Shown here: positions 8,918 to 18,481 of the stretch, piece by piece
Layout of the letters: each line of letters opens with the position of its first letter
How positions within the stretch are numbered: the first letter of the stretch is position 1
Source: Nitrospirae bacterium MYbin3
GTDB lineage: Bacteria; Nitrospirota; Thermodesulfovibrionia; Thermodesulfovibrionales; Dissulfurispiraceae
Direction of reading: 5' to 3'
NCBI GenBank assembly: GCA_002753335.1
Contig: PEAD01000009.1
Span: forward strand, 62,001-94,552
Length of the DNA stretch: 32,552 bases
Notes under the pieces: generated by a model
What the model was told of the DNA's origin: nothing
Seen by the model: only the letters and a program-made list of their open reading frames with translations
Databases searched by the model: none
Program-made: the position numbers and the translations under genes

Positions 8918-10153
8918 TTATTTTCTTAAAGCATTTTTCTCAATAGCCATATTATATAGTTCCATGAGTCTTTGATAATGTTTTTCAGTATTAAGTTCTC
9001 TTTCCGCAAAATCTCGTGCGTTTTTGCCCATTCTAATCCTAAGTTCATCGTCTCTCAACAAAATACCAATCTTTTCCGCCAGGTCATCAGCGTTGCCTGG
9101 TTCAAAAGTCAAACCGGTTTCATTATCTTTGACAAGTTCTGGGATACCGCCAATTCGAGCGCCGATTGCAGGTTTTCCCAAGGCAAATGCCTCTATAATA
9201 GTTCGTGGATTGTTTTCATACCATTCAGAAGGTAAGACCACAAACATAGATTGCCTGATTAATCCTTTTAATTCATCACCTGTTTTAAAACCCAAGAACT
9301 CAACATTATTATTTTTTTCACTTCTAACCATTGCCTCTAAATCATTTCTGCTTGGGCCATCACCAATAAGTCTCAATGTCGCATTAATTCCTTTCATCGC
9401 TTCTATTAAAGTGACAAGCCCCTTCTCATTTGACAGCCTTCCAAAATAAACAATTGTATTTTCTTCTTCTTTGTATTGAGGTGTAAATTCAGTTAGGTTA
9501 ACAAAGTTTGGAAGATATTCTATTTGTTTTTTTAAACCCATCTCTTCACATTTTGCCTTTAAGAATATGCTAGGCGATATATAAGTATCTATCAAATCAT
9601 AAAGATGCAGTATATTATGATGGAAATACATTTCCATTGTATTAAGCAGACTTTTAGAGAATGAATTTTGGACACATTTGTTTATGAGACACTGATAGTA
9701 TTTGCCATCTTTACATTTTTCACACGGTTTGCCATTTAAAAGCATATTATAAGGCGCACATACTAACTTATAGTCTCTCATAGTCATAACTGATGGGATG
9801 TCGTATTTCTTTAAAACATGTAAAATGGATGGGGAAATCTGATGAGCAAAATTATTAAGATGAACAATATCCGGCTTAAATTCTTTGAATAATTTTTCCA
9901 GCTTTCTTTTGGCTTTAAAGGAATATAATAAATTTACAGCCATCATCATTTTTTTTTTATAACTGTTTAACGCATGGTAATCCACGTTCTCAACGAAGTA
10001 GTTTTTAAAAGGATAGTCAGGATTCAAAGGATGGTTCATCCCCCAATAATTTACGTGATGCCCCTTGGACACAAGAAGGACTCCAGTTGTTAGTGTGCTT
10101 ACAGCATCGCCACCTTTGGGATAAAGAGATTTATTAATTAATAGTATTTTCAT
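8918..10153 (-). CDS. glycosyltransferase family 4
   Basis: MKILLIN...KGG, PDIVHLNN, Cys-rich insert (CAP...CEKC...CLINKC), YFGRLSNEKG, VLPSEWYENNPRTIIEAFALGKP. Confidence 0.92.
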   Translation of the reverse strand: MKILLINKSLYPKGGDAVSTLTTGVLLVSKGHHVNYWGMNHPLNPDYPFKNYFVENVDYHALNSYKKKMMMAVNLLYSFKAKRKLEKLFKEFKPDIVHLNNFAHQISPSILHVLKKYDIPSVMTMRDYKLVCAPYNMLLNGKPCEKCKDGKYYQCLINKCVQNSFSKSLLNTMEMYFHHNILHLYDLIDTYISPSIFLKAKCEEMGLKKQIEYLPNFVNLTEFTPQYKEEENTIVYFGRLSNEKGLVTLIEAMKGINATLRLIGDGPSRNDLEAMVRSEKNNNVEFLGFKTGDELKGLIRQSMFVVLPSEWYENNPRTIIEAFALGKPAIGARIGGIPELVKDNETGLTFEPGNADDLAEKIGILLRDDELRIRMGKNARDFAERELNTEKHYQRLMELYNMAIEKNALRK

Positions 10154-11331
10154 TAATGTTTTTGCATATTTTGCGGAACAAACTTCGGTTTTTCATTTTT
10201 CGCAAACCATGTTTCCAGTAGAATCTGTCTGTCTGTTTGCATTTTGATAGGCTTAGCATCTTTTCGATCCTGGTGGTGCTCTACACTCCATCCAGTCCAT
10301 TCACGAAAGGCGTGATACGACCAATCCCAGCCGTTTTCTTCAAATATGTCAATTGCGTCTTTCAAGTAATTATATGTGCTATTGCCTGGTGCCCAGACAA
10401 TAGCACTGAATTCACCAACATAGATATGCACTCCATATTTCTTCTGAAAATCTACTACAGGTTTCAACGCTATTCGCAATTGATCCTTATTCCACATTCT
10501 TCCGTTAATAATCCCAGGATAATTAAGGCCGACATCTTTAAATACCCCTATTTCCTGATGTGTGAAAGTATGGGGCACATACATGTGAAAGCTATAAACG
10601 ATTCCAACTGTTGAGAGCGGCTTGAAGTCATTGAATCCATTTGGATTTCCCCAGTCCCCCGGTTGGACTATAATTGCATGGTCAGGGTCTATTTCTCTAA
10701 TGTTCTTTGCCGTTAGCTCGGCCAAAGATTGCCAATCAAGTAGTCCACTAATCTTTTCCCTCCAAATAGGTTCATTTACTATGTCATATCCCCAAATTAC
10801 ATCATTACTCTTATAACGCAATGCGATTTTTTTCCAAACCGCTAGTAATTTATTTTGATATTTTTTTTCTTTAAATATCATTTGCTCATTGTCTTTATTC
10901 ATGCCACCTGGTGGCGTATGAAGATCTATTACAACCATTAAGCTAGCTTTTTTTAAAGTAGGCAATAAATAATCAAGCATCTTCAATGACTTTTCAAGCC
11001 ATTTGTCATAAGCTTGCATGTCAGTTTTATCTGCCGATTTATCAATCCAGTTGAGTTGCCACCTTACAAGATTGGCATTCCACTTTAATCCCAGTTCAAG
11101 CAAATCTGGTCCGCTTACATTGGCACTTATCATAGCTCCGCGTAGCCGAGGTAGATTGTGACCTTTGTAAACAGTAAGCGATGATGTTAGATCCATAGTC
11201 TTTTTTATAATAGGTGCATCTGGGGCATGATTAAATGGTGTTCCCTCGTTGGTCTCAAATGCATACCCAAGATTACTTATAAAAGAAAATGTGCAACAAA
11301 AAATAACAAAAAAAAGAAAATGTGCAAACAT
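10153..11331 (-). CDS. secreted glycoside hydrolase family 5 (cellulase-like) protein
   Basis: Signal peptide from ATG 11331 (ORF extends to 11358), N..R, VVIDLH, YDIVNEP (acid/base Glu), YSFHMY, YVGEF (nucleophile), WSYH. Confidence 0.88.
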   Translation of the reverse strand: MFAHFLFFVIFCCTFSFISNLGYAFETNEGTPFNHAPDAPIIKKTMDLTSSLTVYKGHNLPRLRGAMISANVSGPDLLELGLKWNANLVRWQLNWIDKSADKTDMQAYDKWLEKSLKMLDYLLPTLKKASLMVVIDLHTPPGGMNKDNEQMIFKEKKYQNKLLAVWKKIALRYKSNDVIWGYDIVNEPIWREKISGLLDWQSLAELTAKNIREIDPDHAIIVQPGDWGNPNGFNDFKPLSTVGIVYSFHMYVPHTFTHQEIGVFKDVGLNYPGIINGRMWNKDQLRIALKPVVDFQKKYGVHIYVGEFSAIVWAPGNSTYNYLKDAIDIFEENGWDWSYHAFREWTGWSVEHHQDRKDAKPIKMQTDRQILLETWFAKNEKPKFVPQNMQKH

Positions 11332-11372
11332 TCGCCCCCCCAATAAACATTTAGGCAAGTAATAGAATTTCT

Positions 11373-12704
11373 CTACTGCCTCTCATAGATCATTTTTGTT
11401 AGCCTGAATTTCCCCGAAGCTTCTTTCTCAATCTTGGGAACAAAAATAAAATCAATAATCATTTGGTTTCCAAATATCTGTTTCAGTCGCCTTATTAATA
11501 TTTCTGTTGTTTCAGCTTTATACGTTTGTCTTCTTGCAATATTGACATTCAAGTGGTCAGGTTTATCCTGAACAAACTGAATTGCTGTTATATCCTCAAG
11601 ATCTTTATAAGCTAAGGTAAGTGCTGGGGGAGATACGATACTGTTTCCTATAGAATAAAGTAAATCTCCCGTACGTGTTCCAGCAAGATATAGTCTCGAG
11701 GATGCAATACCGCAGGAGCAGCATTTATCTTCAAGCTTGCCTATATCTCCAATGTTGTATCTGATAAAAGGCATCCCCTTATTCAAAAGACTTGTAATAA
11801 CTATATCGCCATAATCATCGCCCAACCAAGCATACTTTCCCTTGTTTACGATTTCGACATGCACCGACTGCCAGTTTATATGCATTCCATCATGAGTACG
11901 ACATTCGTGAGCAATATTGCCGACCTCTCTACAACCATAGCGATTATAAACCTTACAAGAAAAAACCGATTCCAAAAAATCACGCTCTTCAGAACTGAGG
12001 GATTCAGCAGTTGACTCAACAAAATCCAGTGACATACGCAGTCCACTTTCAGAAATAAAACGACCGAATGCCAAAAGAGCGGATGCATACCCAATAATAA
12101 ACTTAATTTTTTTTTGAATACATTTTTGGGCAAACTTTAGCATATTGGATTTGTTTAAAAAAAATGCGTTTACTTGAAATGAATTCATCATAATATGTTG
12201 CAACCGCTGCCTCAATGAATACTGTTTTTTAGCATCATAGTTACTGCCGTATATGAAGCCATGTGGGGTTCCTAACGTATAGCCAGCCCATGAGAGGTTA
12301 TGATAGATAATTGCCCATCGTATGTCTCTGTATTCTTTGTTATATGCAAACTTCAAAGGGGAACCCGTTGAGCCACCAGTATTATCAAAAATCAGGTTTT
12401 TGGCTGCTACCTCCGGAGTCGATAGAAACTGGGTTAAGTTATCTCTAAGAATTTCTTTGTCAACAACAGGAAATATATGTTTAAAAGAATCTACAGACAA
12501 ATCTATCGGCCTAATATGTTTATCAATATAAAAAGGCACATTTTTTATTGCATATTCACAAATACTAAAAATTGAGGACTGGTGCAATTCAGTAATTTGC
12601 TGTTGTGAAAGCCCTGACTGAGTTGAGAGATTAGTTAAATGTCCCAATATGTTTCGAGCAAAAATCGAATCGTATAATTTTAAAAGTAATATGGTTGGTA
12701 TCAT
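11373..12704 (-). CDS. phenylacetate-CoA ligase family / CapK-like adenylate-forming enzyme
   Basis: TGGSTGSP P-loop, GYAS, YGCRE, PFIRYNIGDIG, C.CG, C-terminal SGKFR lysine. Confidence 0.88.
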   Translation of the reverse strand: MIPTILLLKLYDSIFARNILGHLTNLSTQSGLSQQQITELHQSSIFSICEYAIKNVPFYIDKHIRPIDLSVDSFKHIFPVVDKEILRDNLTQFLSTPEVAAKNLIFDNTGGSTGSPLKFAYNKEYRDIRWAIIYHNLSWAGYTLGTPHGFIYGSNYDAKKQYSLRQRLQHIMMNSFQVNAFFLNKSNMLKFAQKCIQKKIKFIIGYASALLAFGRFISESGLRMSLDFVESTAESLSSEERDFLESVFSCKVYNRYGCREVGNIAHECRTHDGMHINWQSVHVEIVNKGKYAWLGDDYGDIVITSLLNKGMPFIRYNIGDIGKLEDKCCSCGIASSRLYLAGTRTGDLLYSIGNSIVSPPALTLAYKDLEDITAIQFVQDKPDHLNVNIARRQTYKAETTEILIRRLKQIFGNQMIIDFIFVPKIEKEASGKFRLTKMIYERQ

Positions 12705-12716
12705 ATTCGAGGGTTA

Positions 12717-12756
12717 TTTATTTGTTTAGATTCGGTTAGAATCTGAAACAAATAAA
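12717..12756. repeat. long intergenic inverted repeat (17-bp stem, one bulged base)
   Basis: TTTATTTGTTT-AGATTC-ggtta-GAATCT-g-AAACAAATAAA fills most of the 57-bp spacer. Confidence 0.75.
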
Positions 12757-12761
12757 ACCAG

Positions 12762-13853
12762 TTAAACTGAATTTAGATATATATTTACCAAATCAGCACA
12801 ATGACGATCAATAGCGTATTTTGCACGAAATAAATCGTAACCTTGCTTTGCGCATTCCAAAGCAAGTGCTGGATTGCATAAAAATGCATTTATGGAATCA
12901 GCAAGTAAAGTTGGATTTTCAGGGTTAACAAGCAATCCGGTAACATTATTTGCAATGAGATCATTATTTCCACCAACTGACGTTGCAACAATTGGTTTCT
13001 TATGAGACATCGCTTCAAGAAGCGTCATAGGGAGACCTTCCCATCGAGATGCGTTAACGTATACATCACAAATTTCATATAATTCATCAACGTCTTCAAC
13101 ATTTCCTACAAGTTTAACACTGTCATTAATGTTGGATTCAACTATTAATCGTTCAAGTCGCTGCTTCTCCGGTCCTTCACCTCCGATAATAAGAGAAGCA
13201 TGTCTATCAAATCTTACAACACTCTTGAAAGCCTGAATAAGTATATCGTAGCCTTTTTGATGCGAAAGTCTGCCAAAACTAAGTATTAGACGGGAAGGTA
13301 TAGCTATTCCATATTTCTTCAAAATTAATTCTCTATCATAGAAACGCCTATGGTATGCCGGAATCCCATTATTAAGCAATAATAGTTTATCCATCGTCAT
13401 AAAAGTATGAAGATTACTGAACACTTGTGAGCCACATCCTATAATAAAATCGCTCTGTTTTATGCCCCACCTTCTGATGCGAGCAATAGGACTATCGACA
13501 TGAACTGTCGTTATCGTTTTTATTCCCGCTAATTTGCCAGTTAATGGTCCCAAAATATCGAGCAAATGGACATGAAGGATAGCGAATTTATACTTAACTA
13601 AGTAGCGATAAATGTTGAAGTAACTATAGAACATTCGCACTGACTTGTGTGGGGCATTCCATACTCTCATTGGAATGCCAAGGGATGCAAATTTGTTCCA
13701 TAATGGCCCCTTTTCAAATACGACATGCAGTTCAAAAAAAAATCGTGAATCTTTTCGAAGATAGTTTAATTCTTCGTACACTAATGATTCTGCACCTCCA
13801 ACCTGTAGCGAAGGCAACAGTACAGCAATCTTAATTGGTACAGATGATTCCAT
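12762..13853 (-). CDS. glycosyltransferase family 4
   Basis: LQVGGAE, FGRLSHQKG, VNASRWEGLPMTLLEAM, TSVGG. Confidence 0.92.
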   Translation of the reverse strand: MESSVPIKIAVLLPSLQVGGAESLVYEELNYLRKDSRFFFELHVVFEKGPLWNKFASLGIPMRVWNAPHKSVRMFYSYFNIYRYLVKYKFAILHVHLLDILGPLTGKLAGIKTITTVHVDSPIARIRRWGIKQSDFIIGCGSQVFSNLHTFMTMDKLLLLNNGIPAYHRRFYDRELILKKYGIAIPSRLILSFGRLSHQKGYDILIQAFKSVVRFDRHASLIIGGEGPEKQRLERLIVESNINDSVKLVGNVEDVDELYEICDVYVNASRWEGLPMTLLEAMSHKKPIVATSVGGNNDLIANNVTGLLVNPENPTLLADSINAFLCNPALALECAKQGYDLFRAKYAIDRHCADLVNIYLNSV

Positions 13854-13924
13854 CTTTGTTATTATTTATCAATTGAGGCTTCTGAACCCGTAAAATCTAA
13901 TGCATGATCTGTCGTAGTTCGATT

Positions 13925-15139
13925 TTAACTCAGCTTAATATTTTCAAGATATGCACATGCTTGAAAATATGCACTCTCATATACACTCCAATTGTAGTAG
14001 CTTGATGCTACCCTGGTCGTCTTCGCGCTCCATTCGTTCCGATTTTTTTCTACATCAGCCAAAAAAAGTTCGATTTTTACCAGATCTTTAGTCTCAAATT
14101 CTTCATTTTCAAGTATATACCCTGCAAGTTCTTTTTTTATAATCCACGTAGCATCGCCAGCATGTTTGGTTGTTATTACAGGGACTCCACTTGATAAATA
14201 TTCACCACACTTTGTAGGCGAGGCTACATAATTGATGGGAGATAATGCACGTAAAAGCAAGCCGGCATCAGCCGCTGAAAGCATACGAGGCACATCTTCT
14301 GCTGATAGACTAAGAATTGTATAATCTAAATCCGGATTTCCGATTTTTAATAATTCGCTATCATAAGCTGAGGTATCATCTGGAGTAATTAGTAGAAAAT
14401 GTATGTTGCTTTTACGTTTTTTCAATTCAGCTACTAATTTTATTGTCTGCCCAACACATTGCCATGATGACAACCCTCCTAAATAACACAAAACTAACTT
14501 ATCATTTAATCCCAACCTCTTACGAATTGATTCTCTATCTTGGAGATGACGAGTAAATCTATCAATTCTAGTTGCACAAGGCAATACAATTATATTAGAT
14601 AAGATATATTCATGGCGATTATGAAGAACCTCAATAAGATTTTGTGAATTAACTATTAATAACTGCGCTTTAGAAAGAAGAACTTTTTCTCTAAAAGCTT
14701 CATCCGTAGTAGCAAGTTCTTGATAATTTTCTTTAGAAGGATTCTGCTCTGCTACTACATCTCCGTGAATATCAAATATAATAGGAACTTTAATATGAGT
14801 ACACAGCTCCATAGCGGTAGAATTCTCTGCTTGAACAAAAACCGCATTACATCGGCTAACATAGTTAGGTACAAAATAGGCATATAGTCTGATAAAAAAA
14901 TTTTTAAATAACGACAAGCGTGGCAAAGGCACCCATTTAACCTGCAATTCGGACATCGCGCACGAGTGCCGCCGCTTATATATCAATTGTTTGAGAGGAT
15001 AAAACCAAATAATTTTTATTATGAATCCGAAAGAAGATAACGAATGAGCCATATTTAGAACCCGAATCATGTATCCATTTAGACGATCACTAAATCCATG
15101 AGCAACTATAACAATCACTTTAGCATTCATTTGAGACAT
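13925..15139 (-). CDS. glycosyltransferase (GT4-like, GT-B fold)
   Basis: FDIHG...E, YLGGLSSWQ, ADAGLLLR...NYVASPTKCGEYLSSGVPVI. Confidence 0.85.
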   Translation of the reverse strand: MSQMNAKVIVIVAHGFSDRLNGYMIRVLNMAHSLSSFGFIIKIIWFYPLKQLIYKRRHSCAMSELQVKWVPLPRLSLFKNFFIRLYAYFVPNYVSRCNAVFVQAENSTAMELCTHIKVPIIFDIHGDVVAEQNPSKENYQELATTDEAFREKVLLSKAQLLIVNSQNLIEVLHNRHEYILSNIIVLPCATRIDRFTRHLQDRESIRKRLGLNDKLVLCYLGGLSSWQCVGQTIKLVAELKKRKSNIHFLLITPDDTSAYDSELLKIGNPDLDYTILSLSAEDVPRMLSAADAGLLLRALSPINYVASPTKCGEYLSSGVPVITTKHAGDATWIIKKELAGYILENEEFETKDLVKIELFLADVEKNRNEWSAKTTRVASSYYNWSVYESAYFQACAYLENIKLS

Positions 15140-16090
15140 TCATTTAGCTGAGCCTTTCAAACGCTTGTTTCGAGTGTTTAAACAATTATAAGCCCCCCTT
15201 ACAACTCCAATAGCATACCCTTTATATGAATTAATTATATATCCATATTTCAATATCGGTATTATAAAAGCTGCTAATATATCACCATTTGAAAAAGCTT
15301 TAAAAATAATTCTGCGCGATGATATCGTTGCTTGTTTTAGCGCATCATAATGCCAAAGAATTTTCCAAGGTTGCGCTCCGTATCGTAGTGGGAATATACC
15401 GGCCTCTCCATTACCTAGGCCATATATAAAAGCTTCTTTCCAATATTTTCGTAACTCGTTAGGCCTTCCCCAATAACAAATTGCATCTTTGGCATAGTAG
15501 ACATTATATCTTGCTGCAATAATCTGAAGGGCAAATACAGTATCATCCCCAGCAAGAGTTAAATCTTCAGGGTATCCTTTTAATTCCTCCCATACTCTCC
15601 TTCGATAGGCTATTGACCGACTTGACGGCAGAAACCCATCTTTAAGTATCGGACTATAATTATTGAAAATATAACACGCCGCCATAGCTACTGGGGTTTC
15701 TATTGTAGACTCATCAACTCCATAATTGCCTGCAACAACATCAGTACTTGAATCCTTCTCAAAAGGCTCAAGCAACTTTTGAAACCAATTTGAATCAAGG
15801 CGACACCCCATATCCGTTGAAACAATAATGTCGCTATTTGCCATTCCTATCGCCTTATTTCTACCTTGTGCTACATTACATTTTTCGCTGACAATCATAC
15901 GAATCCGAGTCTCCCCTTTAACCCACGTCTTAAGTATTTCGAGAGTGCCATCAGTCGAACCAGCATCGACAATACAGATATCTTCAATATGCTTTGTCTG
16001 CGTATTTATATCAGATATCCAATTCGTCACGCTGGAAATCTCGTTGTAGCAAGTTGTCACTAAAGTTGCCGATATTTTATTCATTGACAA
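15140..16090 (-). CDS. glycosyltransferase family 2
   Basis: TCYNE, IVDAGSTDGT, AQGRN, STDMG, GYPE...GDD. Confidence 0.9.
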   Translation of the reverse strand: MSMNKISATLVTTCYNEISSVTNWISDINTQTKHIEDICIVDAGSTDGTLEILKTWVKGETRIRMIVSEKCNVAQGRNKAIGMANSDIIVSTDMGCRLDSNWFQKLLEPFEKDSSTDVVAGNYGVDESTIETPVAMAACYIFNNYSPILKDGFLPSSRSIAYRRRVWEELKGYPEDLTLAGDDTVFALQIIAARYNVYYAKDAICYWGRPNELRKYWKEAFIYGLGNGEAGIFPLRYGAQPWKILWHYDALKQATISSRRIIFKAFSNGDILAAFIIPILKYGYIINSYKGYAIGVVRGAYNCLNTRNKRLKGSAK

Positions 16091-17534
16091 GAAATTTCTT
16101 TGAAAAATAGAACCTATAACAAATAATTATTACTATTATGAACGCAGGAACAGCAACCCCCATCCTTAGCTCAGGCTGCATCCATTGTGCCATTAAGGAT
16201 GTTATTATTATTATTAAAACAGCAGAGGCCACATTATTAAACAATATGTTTGTAATCAGATTTTTAGTTTTAAGGAAAATAATACTGGAAAACAATAATA
16301 CGAAATGCGCACACATAAACGCATCTGATAAAGCTTCGGCTCCTTGAGACTTATATTTTAATAAAACAATCGTCATATAAACAAAAGCCCACAGACAATT
16401 TTGCATTACACCTGCCCACATATTTCCTGTAGCAACGATTGCGCTGCCTATCACGGAACCGATGGCGGAAATAGCTGTACCGGCGACCATCCCGACCAAC
16501 ACAATCCAGCCTGCAGTGAAATCTTTTCCAAAAAGTGCCATTATTTTATCGCCTAGGAAAAAAAATAAGACGCTGGTCGGCAAAATCAAAATAATGGTTG
16601 CCAAATTACTTTCTTCTATGGCATATCCGAATGTCATCATATTCCTTTTCGAATATTCCTCAGTTAGAAACGGTAGCAAGACTCTACCCAACATGACCGG
16701 AACCATCATTATCATGAGCCGAAACTGATTTGTAGCATTGTAAATTCCTAATTCACCATAACCGTTCGGCAAAGATGTAAGCAGTGTTGTAGAAAACCAC
16801 ATAACAGGAATAGGAAGAGAAGACAATATAAGATTCGGTATTGCAAAATCTATAATAACGCCAAACTCCTTTAAACAATTTTTAAAGATAATTTCTATTT
16901 GGTTTTCTTTCAATCTTATAATCAGTGTATATATCAAATACGATATGCCAAGTAAGTTGGAGGCGGCTAAAGAGATAATCGCACCAATTATACCAAAGCT
17001 GCTTGTGAAATAAATTGCCAGAGGTAATAACAATGTACCTCTCAACATATCGCCTGTTGAAACAGATTTAAAATCTTCGAATCCGGCCAATATGCCACTT
17101 ATTATTTCAAATGCTACGTTACTTAACAGCAGGAATATGCTTAATTTTAAAATGTCTGATAACGACGTATTGTGAAGAAATTGAATTGAGATGGTATTTG
17201 CGAATACTAAAATAATCCCGCAGAACAATATAGTAAAGAAGGAGGAAGACACTATGATCAGTCCAAGAATTCTGGAAATACGCATCTTATCTTTATTTTT
17301 TAATAAAGCAACATATCGTGTTCCCGTTAATCCCATTCCTGCACCTGCAAAGATACCTAAAAGGCCGGTTGTTCCCTGAACTATCCCCAACTCTCCATAG
17401 CTAACTTTACCCATATAACGGGCGAAAAATATCGATGAGCCGAACGCCATAATTTTCGAAATAAATGAGCCTATTAAGGACCATGAAAAACCTATTTTTA
17501 TCCTATCAAAATTCTTCATTGTAAGCTGCAACAA
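16077..17534 (-). CDS. wzx: Wzx-type oligosaccharide flippase
   Basis: 485 aa with many hydrophobic helices, ARYMG..SYG, G.G....TRYVA, GELGIYNA. Alternative ATG at 17519. Confidence 0.85.
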   Translation of the reverse strand: MLQLTMKNFDRIKIGFSWSLIGSFISKIMAFGSSIFFARYMGKVSYGELGIVQGTTGLLGIFAGAGMGLTGTRYVALLKNKDKMRISRILGLIIVSSSFFTILFCGIILVFANTISIQFLHNTSLSDILKLSIFLLLSNVAFEIISGILAGFEDFKSVSTGDMLRGTLLLPLAIYFTSSFGIIGAIISLAASNLLGISYLIYTLIIRLKENQIEIIFKNCLKEFGVIIDFAIPNLILSSLPIPVMWFSTTLLTSLPNGYGELGIYNATNQFRLMIMMVPVMLGRVLLPFLTEEYSKRNMMTFGYAIEESNLATIILILPTSVLFFFLGDKIMALFGKDFTAGWIVLVGMVAGTAISAIGSVIGSAIVATGNMWAGVMQNCLWAFVYMTIVLLKYKSQGAEALSDAFMCAHFVLLFSSIIFLKTKNLITNILFNNVASAVLIIIITSLMAQWMQPELRMGVAVPAFIIVIIICYRFYFSKKFLVNE

Positions 17535-17537
17535 TTT

Positions 17538-18416
17538 TCACCTTATTTTTATCCAAAAAGAACCGCCATGGCTTGCAACATCTCTCATTTCCGATCGCTC
17601 CCAGAGAGGTTTCATAATTTCTGATAGTTCTTGATCCTCGCTTATAAACATATTGGGAAGAATAATATCAAATTTACTACCCTCTGACAAAAGATAGCAT
17701 GCTAACAAATATTGCTCCGAATACCAGTTATTAGCAAATACTGATGAATAGTCGTATGGAAGAAATATGTCATGGAATTCTACTATCACACCTTTTTGTA
17801 GTTTAGGAATAATATCAAGAAATACGACTGTTACATCAGAATTTGTAAAACAACGATGTGAATTATCTATAAATAAAATATCGCCATCTTCAAGTGTGTC
17901 GAATATGTCCAAATCCATCTTTTCAAGAGGTATCCTAATAATTTGATCGCAGATTTTATCAATTTTCGTTCTGGGGAAAGGATCAACAGAAATAATTTTT
18001 GTTCTTAACTTATTGTCATCAATTGCTCTATACGCGAATTTTGTAGAGTTACCTGAACCAACTTCGATATATCTTTTAGGGTTATACATGGCAAGAAAGC
18101 AATAGATAGCAATAGAATCCAAACCTGGCAAATAACCATTAATATAAAAAGGCTGATTATCGCTCTCGTAGGTAATGGGTATTTGAACCAATTGCTCAGT
18201 ATAGTGCAAAAAGCTGTTCAAATGATTTTTATATACTTCTCTGTTTTTGTTAATTATTTCATACAAATGAGCATGAGGAGGTTTGCCATGCCCATAACGA
18301 GGAACTGTCTCAACTTCATAATCTAAAAAAATTGGGTATTTACCGCTACGAATATTACGAATCGCATCTAAAAAGTAGTTTAATTTTTTACCTGCATAAC
18401 TAAATGTTTGTGACAT
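17538..18416 (-). CDS. class I SAM-dependent methyltransferase (Methyltransf_24-like)
   Basis: YIEVGSGNST motif I, SVDPFP, LFIDNSH, FHDIFLP. Confidence 0.85.
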   Translation of the reverse strand: MSQTFSYAGKKLNYFLDAIRNIRSGKYPIFLDYEVETVPRYGHGKPPHAHLYEIINKNREVYKNHLNSFLHYTEQLVQIPITYESDNQPFYINGYLPGLDSIAIYCFLAMYNPKRYIEVGSGNSTKFAYRAIDDNKLRTKIISVDPFPRTKIDKICDQIIRIPLEKMDLDIFDTLEDGDILFIDNSHRCFTNSDVTVVFLDIIPKLQKGVIVEFHDIFLPYDYSSVFANNWYSEQYLLACYLLSEGSKFDIILPNMFISEDQELSEIMKPLWERSEMRDVASHGGSFWIKIR

Positions 18417-18481
18417 ATCTGCTCCTTGCTGGACTGGGAACTATTACAATAAAGTTATGGGCATAATAACTATTGATGATT

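Noticed and set aside
12705..12767. Integron attC-like site (GTTTAAC at the GT4 stop followed by a bulged hairpin)
   Set aside because: No matching GTTRRRY box at the distal end on the coding strand, no integrase, and no second copy.
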